NCBI GenBank assembly: GCA_018813285.1
Contig: JAHJBY010000033.1
Coordinates: forward strand, 3,723 to 67,722
Direction of reading: 5' to 3'
Source of the DNA: Candidatus Omnitrophota bacterium
Lineage (GTDB): Bacteria > Omnitrophota > Gorgyraeia > Tantalellales > Tantalellaceae
Length of the DNA: 64,000 nucleotides
Both the position numbers and the translations under genes were made by a program. Shown here one piece after another: positions 38,792-48,796 of this stretch. The number at the start of each line of letters is the position of its first letter. The first letter of the stretch is position 1. Under the pieces are notes generated by a model. The model searched no databases and was not told where the DNA came from. It was given only the letters and a program-made list of their open reading frames with translations.

Positions 38792-40003
38792 CTAAAAATT
38801 CACGATATCAGACATCTTAAAGATCGGCAGAAACATACAAAGAACCACACTGCCGATCACTATTCCCAAAAACGCGATTATCAACGGTTCTATCAGGCTT
38901 GTCAGGCCATCGACGGACGTGTCGACCTGCGTGTCGTAAAAATCCGAGATCTTCGCGAGCATTTTTTCAAGTTGGCCGGTCTTTTCGCCCACGGCGATCA
39001 TCCGTGTAACCATGGAAGGAAAAATATCGCTCCTCTCCAGCGGTGCCGCGATGCTTTCGCCGTCCCTTACGCTGTCCTTTACGTCGTTTATCGCCCTCTC
39101 TATCGCGACGTTTCCGGCAGTCTTCGCCACTATTTCCAAAGACGCCAATATGGGAACACCGCTTTTCACAAGCGTGCTTAAAGTGCGGCTGAATTTACTG
39201 ATCGCGACCTTTTTCATCATGTCACCAAAGATCGGGGCTTTAAGCTTGAAGCTGTCAGCAATAAGCCTGCCACGGGGAGTTTTAAGATACCATTTAATAA
39301 CAACTACAATAGCCGCGATGAAAATTACGATGAGAAAAAAATACGCGCGCATAAAATCGCTGAGATTGATCAAGAATTCTGTCGGGGCCGGCAACTTTGC
39401 CCCAAACCCTGAAAAAATATCTTTGAAAACCGGAATGACTTTCAATATCAGGACAAGCGTGATCACGACAGCCATGCCCGAAACTACCGCGGGATAGATC
39501 AACGCGGACTTTATCTTTTTCTGAAGGGCGTTCGTCTTCTCTATGTACGTCGCCACCCTGTCAAGTATCACATCAAGGGTTCCCGAGGACTCACCCGCAC
39601 GGACCATATTCACAAAAAGCGCGCTGAATATTTCGGAATGCCCGGCCATCGCGTCCGAAAGGCTTGATCCGGTATTCACAGAGTCCCTCACTTCAGTCAA
39701 CACGCTCTCCATCGTTGAGTTCTCCGATTGATCTATCAGAATATCAAGGGACATGACCACCGGGATACCTGAATCTATCATAGTGGCCAGCTGCCTGAAA
39801 AAGATCACAAGGTCATCCAACTTGACCTTCTTTTTTTTCGTGAACACAGAAAGTGATCTCCCCCGCGCGGCCTCTTCCAGTTTCAATATTACAAATTTTT
39901 TCTCTCTGAGAAGATCCAAAGCCTGCTTTTTATCGGCCGCTGAGACATTCCCCTTCACCGTTCGCCCCGCTATGTCCTTTACCGTATAATTGAATTTTGC
40001 CAT
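38792..40003 (-). CDS. pilC: Type IV pilus platform protein (PilC/GspF)
   Basis: FFRQLATM, AGESSGTL, SALIYP, VGEKTGQL, SLIEP. Confidence 0.93.
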   Translation of the reverse strand: MAKFNYTVKDIAGRTVKGNVSAADKKQALDLLREKKFVILKLEEAARGRSLSVFTKKKKVKLDDLVIFFRQLATMIDSGIPVVMSLDILIDQSENSTMESVLTEVRDSVNTGSSLSDAMAGHSEIFSALFVNMVRAGESSGTLDVILDRVATYIEKTNALQKKIKSALIYPAVVSGMAVVITLVLILKVIPVFKDIFSGFGAKLPAPTEFLINLSDFMRAYFFLIVIFIAAIVVVIKWYLKTPRGRLIADSFKLKAPIFGDMMKKVAISKFSRTLSTLVKSGVPILASLEIVAKTAGNVAIERAINDVKDSVRDGESIAAPLERSDIFPSMVTRMIAVGEKTGQLEKMLAKISDFYDTQVDTSVDGLTSLIEPLIIAFLGIVIGSVVLCMFLPIFKMSDIVNF

Positions 40004-40049
40004 CTTATGTTCCTTTTTGGCCAAGTTCCTGTTTCAGCAGACTTAAATT

Positions 40050-40163
40050 AGATTCTTCGTCGCGCTGCTCCTCAGAATGACGGCGTGTAAGTCTGTCATT
40101 CTGCCTGTCCCGAGCGAAGACGAGGGGAGCGAAGCCGAGGGGAGTCCGAAGGACGAAGAATCT
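40050..40163. repeat. gtcattctgag..gaagaatct-type palindromic REP-like pair
   Basis: agattcttcgtc...cagaatgac followed by gtcattctg...gacgaagaatct. Confidence 0.7.
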
Positions 40164-40193
40164 CAAAACATTGAAATTCCTATACATCGAGTT

Positions 40194-41900
40194 TTATGTG
40201 ACCCTTAACACCTCTTCAAGCGTTGTCCACCCCTTACACAGCTTGGTTATGGCATTCTCGCGTAAGGTCCTGAAATTCTTCGATCTCAAGTATTCTTTGA
40301 TCTTCTCCTCAGACTCGCCGGAAGTGACCAAATTGCGCATTTCGTCATCCATAAGAAGGGTTTCCAAAGTGCCAAGACGTCCCAGGTACCCCGTGTTGTC
40401 GCATTTTGAACATCCTCTTCCTTCATAAAACTTGTCCGCCTCTTTAACTTCCGGATATTTTGCCGCAAGCTCCTTCCGAACATCGAGAGGTATGGAGATC
40501 TCTGTCTTGCAGGCGGGACATATCCGCCGCAACAGGCGCTGTGCACACGACATTATGAGGCTCGAGGCAACTAAAAACGGCTCCACTCCCATGTTAACAA
40601 GACGGGTTATCGCCCCTATCGAATCGTTCGTGTGAAGCGTACTCAACACGATATGCCCGGTAAGAGATGACTTTATAGCGGTATCGGCGGTCTCGTGGTC
40701 ACGTATCTCACCAACCATAATAACATCCGGCGTTTGCCGAAGAATTGATCTTAATCCGGCCGCAAAATCCAAGCCGATGTCTCCCCTGACAGCCATCTGT
40801 GTTATCCCCTCAACCTGATATTCCACGGGATCTTCAATCGTTACGATGTTTTTTTCGGGAACATTGAGCTTATTCAGCACGGAATACAATGTGGTGGATT
40901 TACCGCTGCCGGTGGGACCGGTCACAAGTATTATCCCGAAGGGAACTTCGAGCGCCGTTTTGAAATCCGCAAGCGGCCGGGGCAAAAAACCCAGAGACTC
41001 AAGCCCCACAGAAAGATTGCTTTTATCTAAAGCCCTTAACACGATCTTGTTCCCAAAAACCGTCGGCAGCACTGACACACGAAAATCGATTTCTTTTCCA
41101 ACCGTTTTTATCCGGAATCGCCCGTCCTGCGGTACACGATTTTCAGTGATATCCAGCGTCGACATGATCTTCACCCGGGCCAGCACCGCATTCTGGTATT
41201 TTTTAGGCAGATCAAAAACATCATGAAGCTCACCGTCGATCCGGTAGCGAACCCGCAATGAATATTCCTGAGGTTCGATATGTATATCACTCGCCCTCTT
41301 TCTAATGGCTTCACTTATTATAACGGCCACCATTTTCACTATAGGCGCGGCGTCACTGTCTTTCGCGTAATCAAGATCGCGAAAACTGTCCGGCGCCTCA
41401 AACACTTCGATGTCGTGCTCCTTTTCGCCGCCCGTGTCAATGATCGTCGATATGTCCTTGCCGCAAGCTGAAAAATATTTCTTGAGCGTCGCGAGAATAT
41501 CCTGCCGCGTCGCAAGGGCGAGGTGCACATCGCACCGGGCAACCGTTTTTACGTCATCGATGGCAAGAATATCCGCCGGATCGGAAACTACCAGGGTTAG
41601 ATTATCCCCCACACGTGATAACGGGATAACGTTATACTTTTTTGCTATCTTTTCAGGCACCATCCCCATTGCCACATCATCAAGTTTAATCCTCATCGGA
41701 TCAACAGGTGGAATTCCTGTCTCCAAACTCAAGACCACCAAAAGATCCTTCCCTCTAACCGCGCCACTCTCAACGAGTTCTCTCATAAGATTGCCGCCTG
41801 AGGTCTTGATCGTTTCTGAGATCGCGTCAAGCGCGCCTTTATCTATAAGCCCTTTTTCCAAAAGAGCGTTAACTATATCCTTTTGCGCGGGTGTTTTCAT
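40194..41900 (-). CDS. pilB: Type IV pilus assembly ATPase PilB/GspE (paralog 2)
   Basis: ASDIHIEP, GPTGSGKSTT, TIEDPVEY, STLHTND, CxxC...CxxC. Confidence 0.9.
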   Translation of the reverse strand: MKTPAQKDIVNALLEKGLIDKGALDAISETIKTSGGNLMRELVESGAVRGKDLLVVLSLETGIPPVDPMRIKLDDVAMGMVPEKIAKKYNVIPLSRVGDNLTLVVSDPADILAIDDVKTVARCDVHLALATRQDILATLKKYFSACGKDISTIIDTGGEKEHDIEVFEAPDSFRDLDYAKDSDAAPIVKMVAVIISEAIRKRASDIHIEPQEYSLRVRYRIDGELHDVFDLPKKYQNAVLARVKIMSTLDITENRVPQDGRFRIKTVGKEIDFRVSVLPTVFGNKIVLRALDKSNLSVGLESLGFLPRPLADFKTALEVPFGIILVTGPTGSGKSTTLYSVLNKLNVPEKNIVTIEDPVEYQVEGITQMAVRGDIGLDFAAGLRSILRQTPDVIMVGEIRDHETADTAIKSSLTGHIVLSTLHTNDSIGAITRLVNMGVEPFLVASSLIMSCAQRLLRRICPACKTEISIPLDVRKELAAKYPEVKEADKFYEGRGCSKCDNTGYLGRLGTLETLLMDDEMRNLVTSGESEEKIKEYLRSKNFRTLRENAITKLCKGWTTLEEVLRVT

Positions 41901-41912
41901 GTCTCTTCGCCT

Positions 41913-43658
41913 CTACTCTCTGTCCTCCGCGGTAATTCGCACAACCTCTTCCAAGGACGTCTCCCCTGCCAAAACACGCTCGATCCCATTTTCCCGCAAC
42001 GTAACCATTCCTTCATCCCTTGCCATTTTTCGTATCTCCGTTTCCTCCTGGCGTCTAAACAAAAGGTCCTTGATATTCGGCGTTACGCGCATACACTCAA
42101 CGATCATTGACCTTCCGTGATAACCGGAATTAGAGCACCGTTCGCATCCAGAGGGTTCATACAACTCAGGGACCTTCCCATTAGCGTCAAGAAGCCCGTA
42201 CTTTTCGACGACATCCGCCGCCGGCGCGTATGGCTTCTTACATTCCGGGCACAGTATCCGAAGCAACCGCTGTGCCACAACAAGTATGACCGATGACGCT
42301 ATGAGGAACGGCTCAACCCCCATATTGACCAATCTCACAACAGAACCCGGGGCAGTGCTTGTATGCAATGAACTTAATACAAGGTGACCGGTCAACGCGG
42401 ACTTGATCGCGATATCCACTGTCTCAAAGTCTCTGATCTCTCCGATCATAATATCATCCGGGTCCTGCCTCAATATCGACCGCAAACAGCCCGCGAAGGT
42501 CAGTCCGACCGCGCTATTCACAGAAACCTGTCCGATCCCCTTAAGCTCATATTCTACCGGATCCTCAACCGTGACCAGATTCTTGCCGGGACTATCAACA
42601 TATTTCAAAATGGAATAAAGTGTTGTTGTCTTCCCTGACCCGGTCGGACCGCATGCCAGAATCATGCCGTAAGAGCTTTCGGACGCGGAACAGATGGTGG
42701 CCCGGTCTCTTTCGCACAACCCGAGTTTAGTTATATCCACCATTATCTGTTGCCTGTCAAGGACTCTAAGGCTCGCTTTTTCTCCTAAAATAGAAGGAAT
42801 AATAGAGAGACGAAAGTCAACACGGTGGTCATCCGCCCTCAGCTGGAACCGCCCATCCTGAGGCAGACGGCTTTCCGCGATATTTAGATCCGCCATCACT
42901 TTAAGCCGTGAAATGATGGCTCTGTGATATTTTCGAGGCGGCGTATGACGAACATGCAGTATTCCGTCAATTCGATATCTGACTCGAAAATTTTTCTCCA
43001 TCGGTTCGATCAAAATATCACTCGCCCGTTCGCGAACGGCCTGACTGATAATCAAATTGGCCAGTTTTACGACCGGAGCTTCCTCCATTATCCTCTGAAG
43101 ATCACCGGGGTTGAGTTTCTCTTCTCCCCCTTCATTCACCATTTCCACTTGAGCGGCCGTCATGCCTTCAACCAGATGGCTTATTTCTTCGTCCGCGGAT
43201 TTCTCATAACAGTTTATGATAGCTTCGGCCATATCGTCCCGGTCGGCCAAAACAGGTATGATCTTCATGCGGGTTAAAGCTTTTATATCATCAAGTGTGA
43301 AAATGTTCGACGGGTCTACCATGGCCACAGTAAGATACTTCCCGAGGCGTGAAATGGGCAATACCTGATACATTTTTGAAACTCGCCTTGGGATAAGCTT
43401 AAGGACTTCTTTTTCTACCTGGATCCGAGACATGTTGACAGGCGGAAAACCTGAGATCTCGCTTAAGGCCGCCAGAATATGCTCCCTGCCGACAACGTTC
43501 ATCTTCAAAAGAATGTCACTTAATTTTCCGCCCTGCCTGCCATAGATCTCTTTTGCCTGTTTTAGATCATCATTGGAGATCAATTTGTTCTTGATCAAGA
43601 GATCACACGTTTTGTTTGTCAGCGATAGCGCCATTTTTTTATCTCGACTCCGGGTCAA
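41913..43658 (-). CDS. pilB: Type IV pilus assembly ATPase PilB/GspE (paralog 1)
   Basis: GPTGSGKTTT, TVEDPVEY, LRQDPD, CPEC...CERC. Confidence 0.9.
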   Translation of the reverse strand: MTRSRDKKMALSLTNKTCDLLIKNKLISNDDLKQAKEIYGRQGGKLSDILLKMNVVGREHILAALSEISGFPPVNMSRIQVEKEVLKLIPRRVSKMYQVLPISRLGKYLTVAMVDPSNIFTLDDIKALTRMKIIPVLADRDDMAEAIINCYEKSADEEISHLVEGMTAAQVEMVNEGGEEKLNPGDLQRIMEEAPVVKLANLIISQAVRERASDILIEPMEKNFRVRYRIDGILHVRHTPPRKYHRAIISRLKVMADLNIAESRLPQDGRFQLRADDHRVDFRLSIIPSILGEKASLRVLDRQQIMVDITKLGLCERDRATICSASESSYGMILACGPTGSGKTTTLYSILKYVDSPGKNLVTVEDPVEYELKGIGQVSVNSAVGLTFAGCLRSILRQDPDDIMIGEIRDFETVDIAIKSALTGHLVLSSLHTSTAPGSVVRLVNMGVEPFLIASSVILVVAQRLLRILCPECKKPYAPAADVVEKYGLLDANGKVPELYEPSGCERCSNSGYHGRSMIVECMRVTPNIKDLLFRRQEETEIRKMARDEGMVTLRENGIERVLAGETSLEEVVRITAEDRE

Positions 43659-44110
43659 TCCTTGTTTTGTTTCGCGTACAGCTTGTTTATCGCTTCATTA
43701 ATTGATGTGATCACTCCGATGAATACCTGAACTTTCTTCCCGGACAACATTTCCACGTCTTCGATCGCGCTCGAATTAAGGGGGTTTGGCATCACGACAA
43801 TGAGGATGTCCCCTATCACGTCGACAGGCAGTATCCTGTACTGCCGCACGACGTTCTCGGGGACAAGCTTCGCCGCTTCCGGATTGAGCGTATAATTTTC
43901 TACCATCATAAAAGGAAAACCATATTGCGCGACAATGGCCTGTGCTATCTCCTGTTCGCCCGCGTACCCTAATTGAATGAGTATCTCTCCGAAAAGTCCA
44001 CCCTCTGTCTGTTGAAACTCAATGCCCTTCTTCAATTGATCCTTTGATATCGCGCCCTGTTTCAGCAATATCTCCCCGAGTCTTTCTTCGATGCGCTTTT
44101 TCAACACCAC
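43655..44110 (-). CDS. Stand-alone MshEN/GspE N-terminal domain protein
   Basis: RLGEILLKQGAI...L...Q and second motif FGEILIQLGY; GGAGG before GTG. Confidence 0.85.
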   Translation of the reverse strand: MVLKKRIEERLGEILLKQGAISKDQLKKGIEFQQTEGGLFGEILIQLGYAGEQEIAQAIVAQYGFPFMMVENYTLNPEAAKLVPENVVRQYRILPVDVIGDILIVVMPNPLNSSAIEDVEMLSGKKVQVFIGVITSINEAINKLYAKQNKD

Positions 44111-44145
44111 AATATTGTCCTCCCGTTTCAGTATCATTGCCCGGA

Positions 44146-45216
44146 TCAAGCGGAATGTTCGATCAGTTTCTCAAGTTCCGCGGGATCCAGAGATCTGGAC
44201 ATCGCGCTCTCATATGTTATAACCCTCGACAGATATAGATCCGAAAGTGATTGATTCATGGTTCTCATGCCGGATTTCTGTGACGTTTGGATCGTCGAAT
44301 ATATCTGGTGGGTTTTTTCATCGCGTATCATGGTCCGTACAGAAGGTGTCGCCACAAGCATTTCCGCGGCAAGAACTCTTCCACTTCCATCGGCTTTATC
44401 GACCAACTGCTGTGAAATGATACCAAGCAGATCGAAAGACAGCTGCGCCCGTATCTGGCGCTGCTGATGTGACGGAAAAACATCCACTATGCGATTTATC
44501 GTCTGCACACTGTCGGCAGTATGAAGTGTCGCGAGAACAAGATGTCCCGTATCCGCTATTATCAGCGCCTGTTGGATGGTCTCAAAATCCCGCAGTTCTC
44601 CGATCAGGATGACATCCGGATCCTGTCTCAGCACCCGCATCAAGGCATCACTGAAAGAACGAGTATCAAGCCCCACCTCCCGCTGGTCTACAACAGCAAG
44701 ATTGTTCTGATGAATGAACTCCAAAGGATCTTCCACCGTAACAATGTGGCATTTTCGGGTGCGATTTATTTCATTCACCATAGCCGCTAATGTGGTGGAT
44801 TTTCCGCTGCCGGTAGCACCCGTCACAAGAACCAATCCCTGATGTGCCCGGCAGAATCCGATGATGGTATCACCAGGCAACCCGCACTCTTCAATGCTCC
44901 GGATCCTGACAGGGATCATCCTGATCGCGCACCCTACCCACGAACGCTGATAGAATACATTCACCCTATACCGGGCGACATCTTTGATCTCGAAGGAAAA
45001 ATCCAATTCTTTATCTCTTTCCAGACGCACCACCTGTTCATCGCTCATCAGGCTATACGTGATCTCCCGGACGTCATCCGGCGTGAGAACACGATCACAG
45101 GCAACGACAAGATCACTGTTGATCCGGTAATGCATCGGCGCGTTTGCCGCAATATGCAGATCCGAAGCATTGTTTTCTTTCATCTTGATCAGCAGCTTCC
45201 TTATATTTCCATCCAT
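44146..45216 (-). CDS. pilT: Pilus retraction ATPase PilT
   Basis: ASDLH, GATGSGKSTT, EDPLEF, LRQDPD, ATLHT, GMRTM. Confidence 0.93.
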   Translation of the reverse strand: MDGNIRKLLIKMKENNASDLHIAANAPMHYRINSDLVVACDRVLTPDDVREITYSLMSDEQVVRLERDKELDFSFEIKDVARYRVNVFYQRSWVGCAIRMIPVRIRSIEECGLPGDTIIGFCRAHQGLVLVTGATGSGKSTTLAAMVNEINRTRKCHIVTVEDPLEFIHQNNLAVVDQREVGLDTRSFSDALMRVLRQDPDVILIGELRDFETIQQALIIADTGHLVLATLHTADSVQTINRIVDVFPSHQQRQIRAQLSFDLLGIISQQLVDKADGSGRVLAAEMLVATPSVRTMIRDEKTHQIYSTIQTSQKSGMRTMNQSLSDLYLSRVITYESAMSRSLDPAELEKLIEHSA

Positions 45217-45241
45217 ACCGTCTCCTTCTCCTTTCCCTGAG

Positions 45242-46651
45242 CTATTCTCCCATGACCATGTTCTTCCCCTCTCCGGTCGCCTTTTTCAAATTCTCGGCCG
45301 CTTTCGCGATAATAGCCGCAGCGTCAATACCGTCAATAGGGTTCTCCCCCACACCCGCGCTAACGGTAACCCTGTCCTCTATATCGGCCGATAGCTGTAT
45401 TTTCGACACATGATCGCGAATATTTTCCGCAACCTCTATACTTTCCCTTTTATTCGTCTCCGGCAAGATCACACCGAACCCGCTGATCCCAAACCTCGCA
45501 ACTTTGGCGACCGGAGACAAGAGACCCGGTACAAGTCGCGCGACCTGTTTTAAAAGCTGCCCGGCGCGAGCCTCCCCGTAACGTTTGGAATAAGCGTCAA
45601 AATCATCGATACCGAAAAGAATAAGAGAACAGGCCTTCTGGTAAAACGCGGCCCGTTTTATCTCGTCTTTCATCTTGTTTTCAAGGTATGTTCTGGAAGG
45701 AAGCCCCGTTACGGTATCCACTACATCCGCCGTCTTTTCCGTAAATATTTTGCTGGCCTGATACCCGATGACCAGAATCTTCTCGAACGCCTGAAGAACC
45801 TGCACATATCCGGCATTAAACTCATGGCCGGGCGCAAAATTCCCCAACATGATCATACCCACGACCCTCTCCCAAGAGATCATCGGATAAAACAACACAT
45901 TTACCAGATCCAGATCTTCACGAAGCTCGATCTGACAGTGTTTTGTCAATGGGCGTGAATCCATAGAAAAAGTTTCCCCATTCTCTATGAACAGCTGTTC
46001 CAAAAGAGACAGTTTTTTCATTATCTCATGAGAAGGCACATTTTTTCCCGACTTATTGACAAAGCTTCGCGTAGCGTACCCACCACTGTCCTCTTTCACA
46101 AATATCCCGCAGTAACTTCCCTCCAATTCGTCCGTAAGTTTCTCCGCGACAAAACCCAGAACTTTATCAAAACCGGAACCGGCTGTAACTAACTCACCGG
46201 TCTCGATAATATTCGTCAGTGTTGCCACTTTGTCGCGTATCTGCCTGTTCAACACGGTAGTCGTTCTGCCATAACGTTTAAGTTCGTCCACATAACCGAC
46301 CATCCGATTTCTCATCATATCCACGACTTCGGCTATTACACCAAGCTCATCATCCTGGCACACTGTGATCCTGGCCTCGTAGTTGCCCTTCGCGACTTCC
46401 CGCGTAAAAGCGGCAAGATCAATGACGGGCATGATCATGCGCCGCACGATAATAAACCCGAGGATAGCGATCCATAGGGTCAGCAACATCACTATAGAAG
46501 CCTGCATAAGATTGGACGGCTCCACAAAGACATAGTTCACAGTGAAATAGAGAATGATAAGAAGGGGTACTATCGACATTAAAGAAAAAGAGAGCACAAG
46601 CTTACGGCGTAATCCCTGTTTTTGCAACGTAAACATGTCGGTCAATTCCAT
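45242..46651 (-). CDS. Membrane HAMP-GAF-GGDEF protein, GGDEF degenerate
   Basis: 2 TM, DELG HAMP, D.VTGL, IDDF, ARFGISGF, VTVSAGV, GKN. Confidence 0.8.
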   Translation of the reverse strand: MELTDMFTLQKQGLRRKLVLSFSLMSIVPLLIILYFTVNYVFVEPSNLMQASIVMLLTLWIAILGFIIVRRMIMPVIDLAAFTREVAKGNYEARITVCQDDELGVIAEVVDMMRNRMVGYVDELKRYGRTTTVLNRQIRDKVATLTNIIETGELVTAGSGFDKVLGFVAEKLTDELEGSYCGIFVKEDSGGYATRSFVNKSGKNVPSHEIMKKLSLLEQLFIENGETFSMDSRPLTKHCQIELREDLDLVNVLFYPMISWERVVGMIMLGNFAPGHEFNAGYVQVLQAFEKILVIGYQASKIFTEKTADVVDTVTGLPSRTYLENKMKDEIKRAAFYQKACSLILFGIDDFDAYSKRYGEARAGQLLKQVARLVPGLLSPVAKVARFGISGFGVILPETNKRESIEVAENIRDHVSKIQLSADIEDRVTVSAGVGENPIDGIDAAAIIAKAAENLKKATGEGKNMVMGE

Positions 46652-46833
46652 ATGCCTCTCCTCTTTTTTGTAAAAAAGATACACCCGGGGCATCTATTTC
46701 CCCGCACAGTCTATCAATATTACCCTACGCATCGCTGAAAGTCAAAGAGGCAACCAGCTATCAGCTGTCAGCTGTCAGCTAAAAAAAAGATGGAGACTTG
46801 CGACTTTCAGCTAAAAAAGGCGCAAAACGCAGT

Positions 46834-48591
46834 TCAGGACCCGAAGCCGCTATCGACGAATTCTTGTTTCAAACACGCCTCAGATGTCCCTGTCTTTATA
46901 TGCCCCCATGGAAGGGTTTCCGCGATGGAGAATGTCTTTTGTGCTTCATCCCTGATGTCGAGACCGTTCTCCTTGAATGCGGCTTCCCATATGGAAAGAT
47001 CGAAAAAATCCGACCACCCATCCATCTTCGCCCCCCCGCGCCAGGCGGAATAGATAACATCCGCAATCCTTCGGTCTCCGCGGGACATACAGGTTTCCAG
47101 AATAGACCGTCCGATATCATGAAATTCCACTTTGACCCGTTTTGAACCCCTCGCTAATAGCTGTCGCCTCGTTTCCCGGAGCCGTTCCTCCGGCGCCATT
47201 CCCATCCACTGAAAGGGTGTGTGAGGCTTGGGTATGAATGGGTTTACGCTTACTTTTACATCGGCTGCCCGTCCCTGCAGCTCTTTCCTTAGAACGGAAA
47301 CATCATTGGCCCATCGCATGATATCATCAACTTCGGCGTCAATCCGTCCGGGAAACCCCACCATAAAATAAAGTTTCAATCGCTGCCACCCGTGCCGGTA
47401 TGCCACCCGTGCCGATTGACACAGTACATCATAGTCCGTTTTCTTTCCAATGGAACGCTGAATATCCGGATTGGCGGCTTCAGGCGCGAACGTAAGCGCC
47501 GCTTTTCTCTCCGCCGCGATTATCTCGGGGATCTCATAGAACGCCTCATCCACTCTAAGCGAAGGGATCGATATCCCCACCCCACGCCCTTTAAAATCCT
47601 CATTTAACCCTTTCACCAGATCCGCCAGATACGGATAATTAACGCTGGAAAGCGACAATAACGTTATCTGCGAGTACCCCGTATTTTTGTATGCCTCACG
47701 GCACAAAGCTCGTACCATTTCCGGTTTTCTGACGCGAACCGGACTGTTTATGGCACTGGCCTGACAAAAGCGGCACTTGTTCGGACATCCCCTCATTACC
47801 TCAACCACGATCCTGTCATGAACGATCTTAATGAACGGGACCAGTTGTTTCACCGGATAATACGCGCTGTTAAGATCTTTCACTTCACCCTTTTTTACAC
47901 AACGCGGGACATCGCCATTAGCGGGAACTATCTGATCAAACCTGCTGCCGGCGTATTTGGCGTCGTACAAACACGGCACATATACCCCTTTTAATAACGA
48001 CAATTTTTTCATCTTCCGTTTTCTGGTTAAAGACAATAAGCTGATCTTTCTGTACTCTTCTATGAATTCGGGCAGTGTCTCTTCCGCGTCCCCTATGAAA
48101 AAAACATCTATGAAGCGGCTCATGGGCTCCGGATTAAAGCAGCATGCTCCACCGGCAATAATTATTGGTTCATCCTCGCCGCGTTGATCCGCGAGAACAG
48201 TTATCCCCGAAAGGTTCAGCATATTGAGAACGTTGGTATACGTAAGTTCGTAGGAAAGCGAAAATCCGACGATGTCGAATTTATTTATGTCGGTTTTGGA
48301 TTCAAGACTGAACAGCTTTATCCCGGACGTGACCAGTTCCTTCTCCATATCGTGCGCCGGAGCAAACACGCGTTCGCACACCACGTCGTCCCGTTCATTG
48401 AGCAAATGATACAGGAGCTTGAGCCCGAGATAGCTCATGCCTATTTCATACATGTCAGGGTATGCCAACGCGACCGATACACGGCCCGGACGGAAATCCT
48501 TTCGGCGGGCGCCCGTTTCCCCGCCTATATACCGTCCGGGTTTTTGCACCTTATCTAACATATCGGTTAATTTCGTCACTTCCCTCCCCAT
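46834..48591 (-). CDS. TIGR03960-family radical SAM protein
   Basis: KPGRYIGGE, YPDMYEIGMS, RGCPNKCRFC, PKPHTPFQW. Confidence 0.9.
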   Translation of the reverse strand: MGREVTKLTDMLDKVQKPGRYIGGETGARRKDFRPGRVSVALAYPDMYEIGMSYLGLKLLYHLLNERDDVVCERVFAPAHDMEKELVTSGIKLFSLESKTDINKFDIVGFSLSYELTYTNVLNMLNLSGITVLADQRGEDEPIIIAGGACCFNPEPMSRFIDVFFIGDAEETLPEFIEEYRKISLLSLTRKRKMKKLSLLKGVYVPCLYDAKYAGSRFDQIVPANGDVPRCVKKGEVKDLNSAYYPVKQLVPFIKIVHDRIVVEVMRGCPNKCRFCQASAINSPVRVRKPEMVRALCREAYKNTGYSQITLLSLSSVNYPYLADLVKGLNEDFKGRGVGISIPSLRVDEAFYEIPEIIAAERKAALTFAPEAANPDIQRSIGKKTDYDVLCQSARVAYRHGWQRLKLYFMVGFPGRIDAEVDDIMRWANDVSVLRKELQGRAADVKVSVNPFIPKPHTPFQWMGMAPEERLRETRRQLLARGSKRVKVEFHDIGRSILETCMSRGDRRIADVIYSAWRGGAKMDGWSDFFDLSIWEAAFKENGLDIRDEAQKTFSIAETLPWGHIKTGTSEACLKQEFVDSGFGS

Positions 48592-48796
48592 TAGCTTTCA
48601 GCTCTCAGCTTTCAGCTTTTCCTTGAATCCATTCACTATGGACGATTCACCGCCTCGCCCCATTAGCTCTCAGCTTCTCCTTGAACCCAAATAACATCGC
48701 TTATAACTTGTTGTTATCTTTCAGCAAAGATTATCCTTCTAAAGCTGACGGCTGACAGCTGAAGGCTGATAGCTGATAGCTCTATTGATAGCTCTC
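48588..48796. repeat. Inverted agct(g/t)-heptamer arrays enclosing possible four-helix-bundle C-terminal remnant
   Basis: agctttcagctctcagctttcagct ... gctgacggctgacagctgaaggctgatagctgatagct. Confidence 0.7.
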
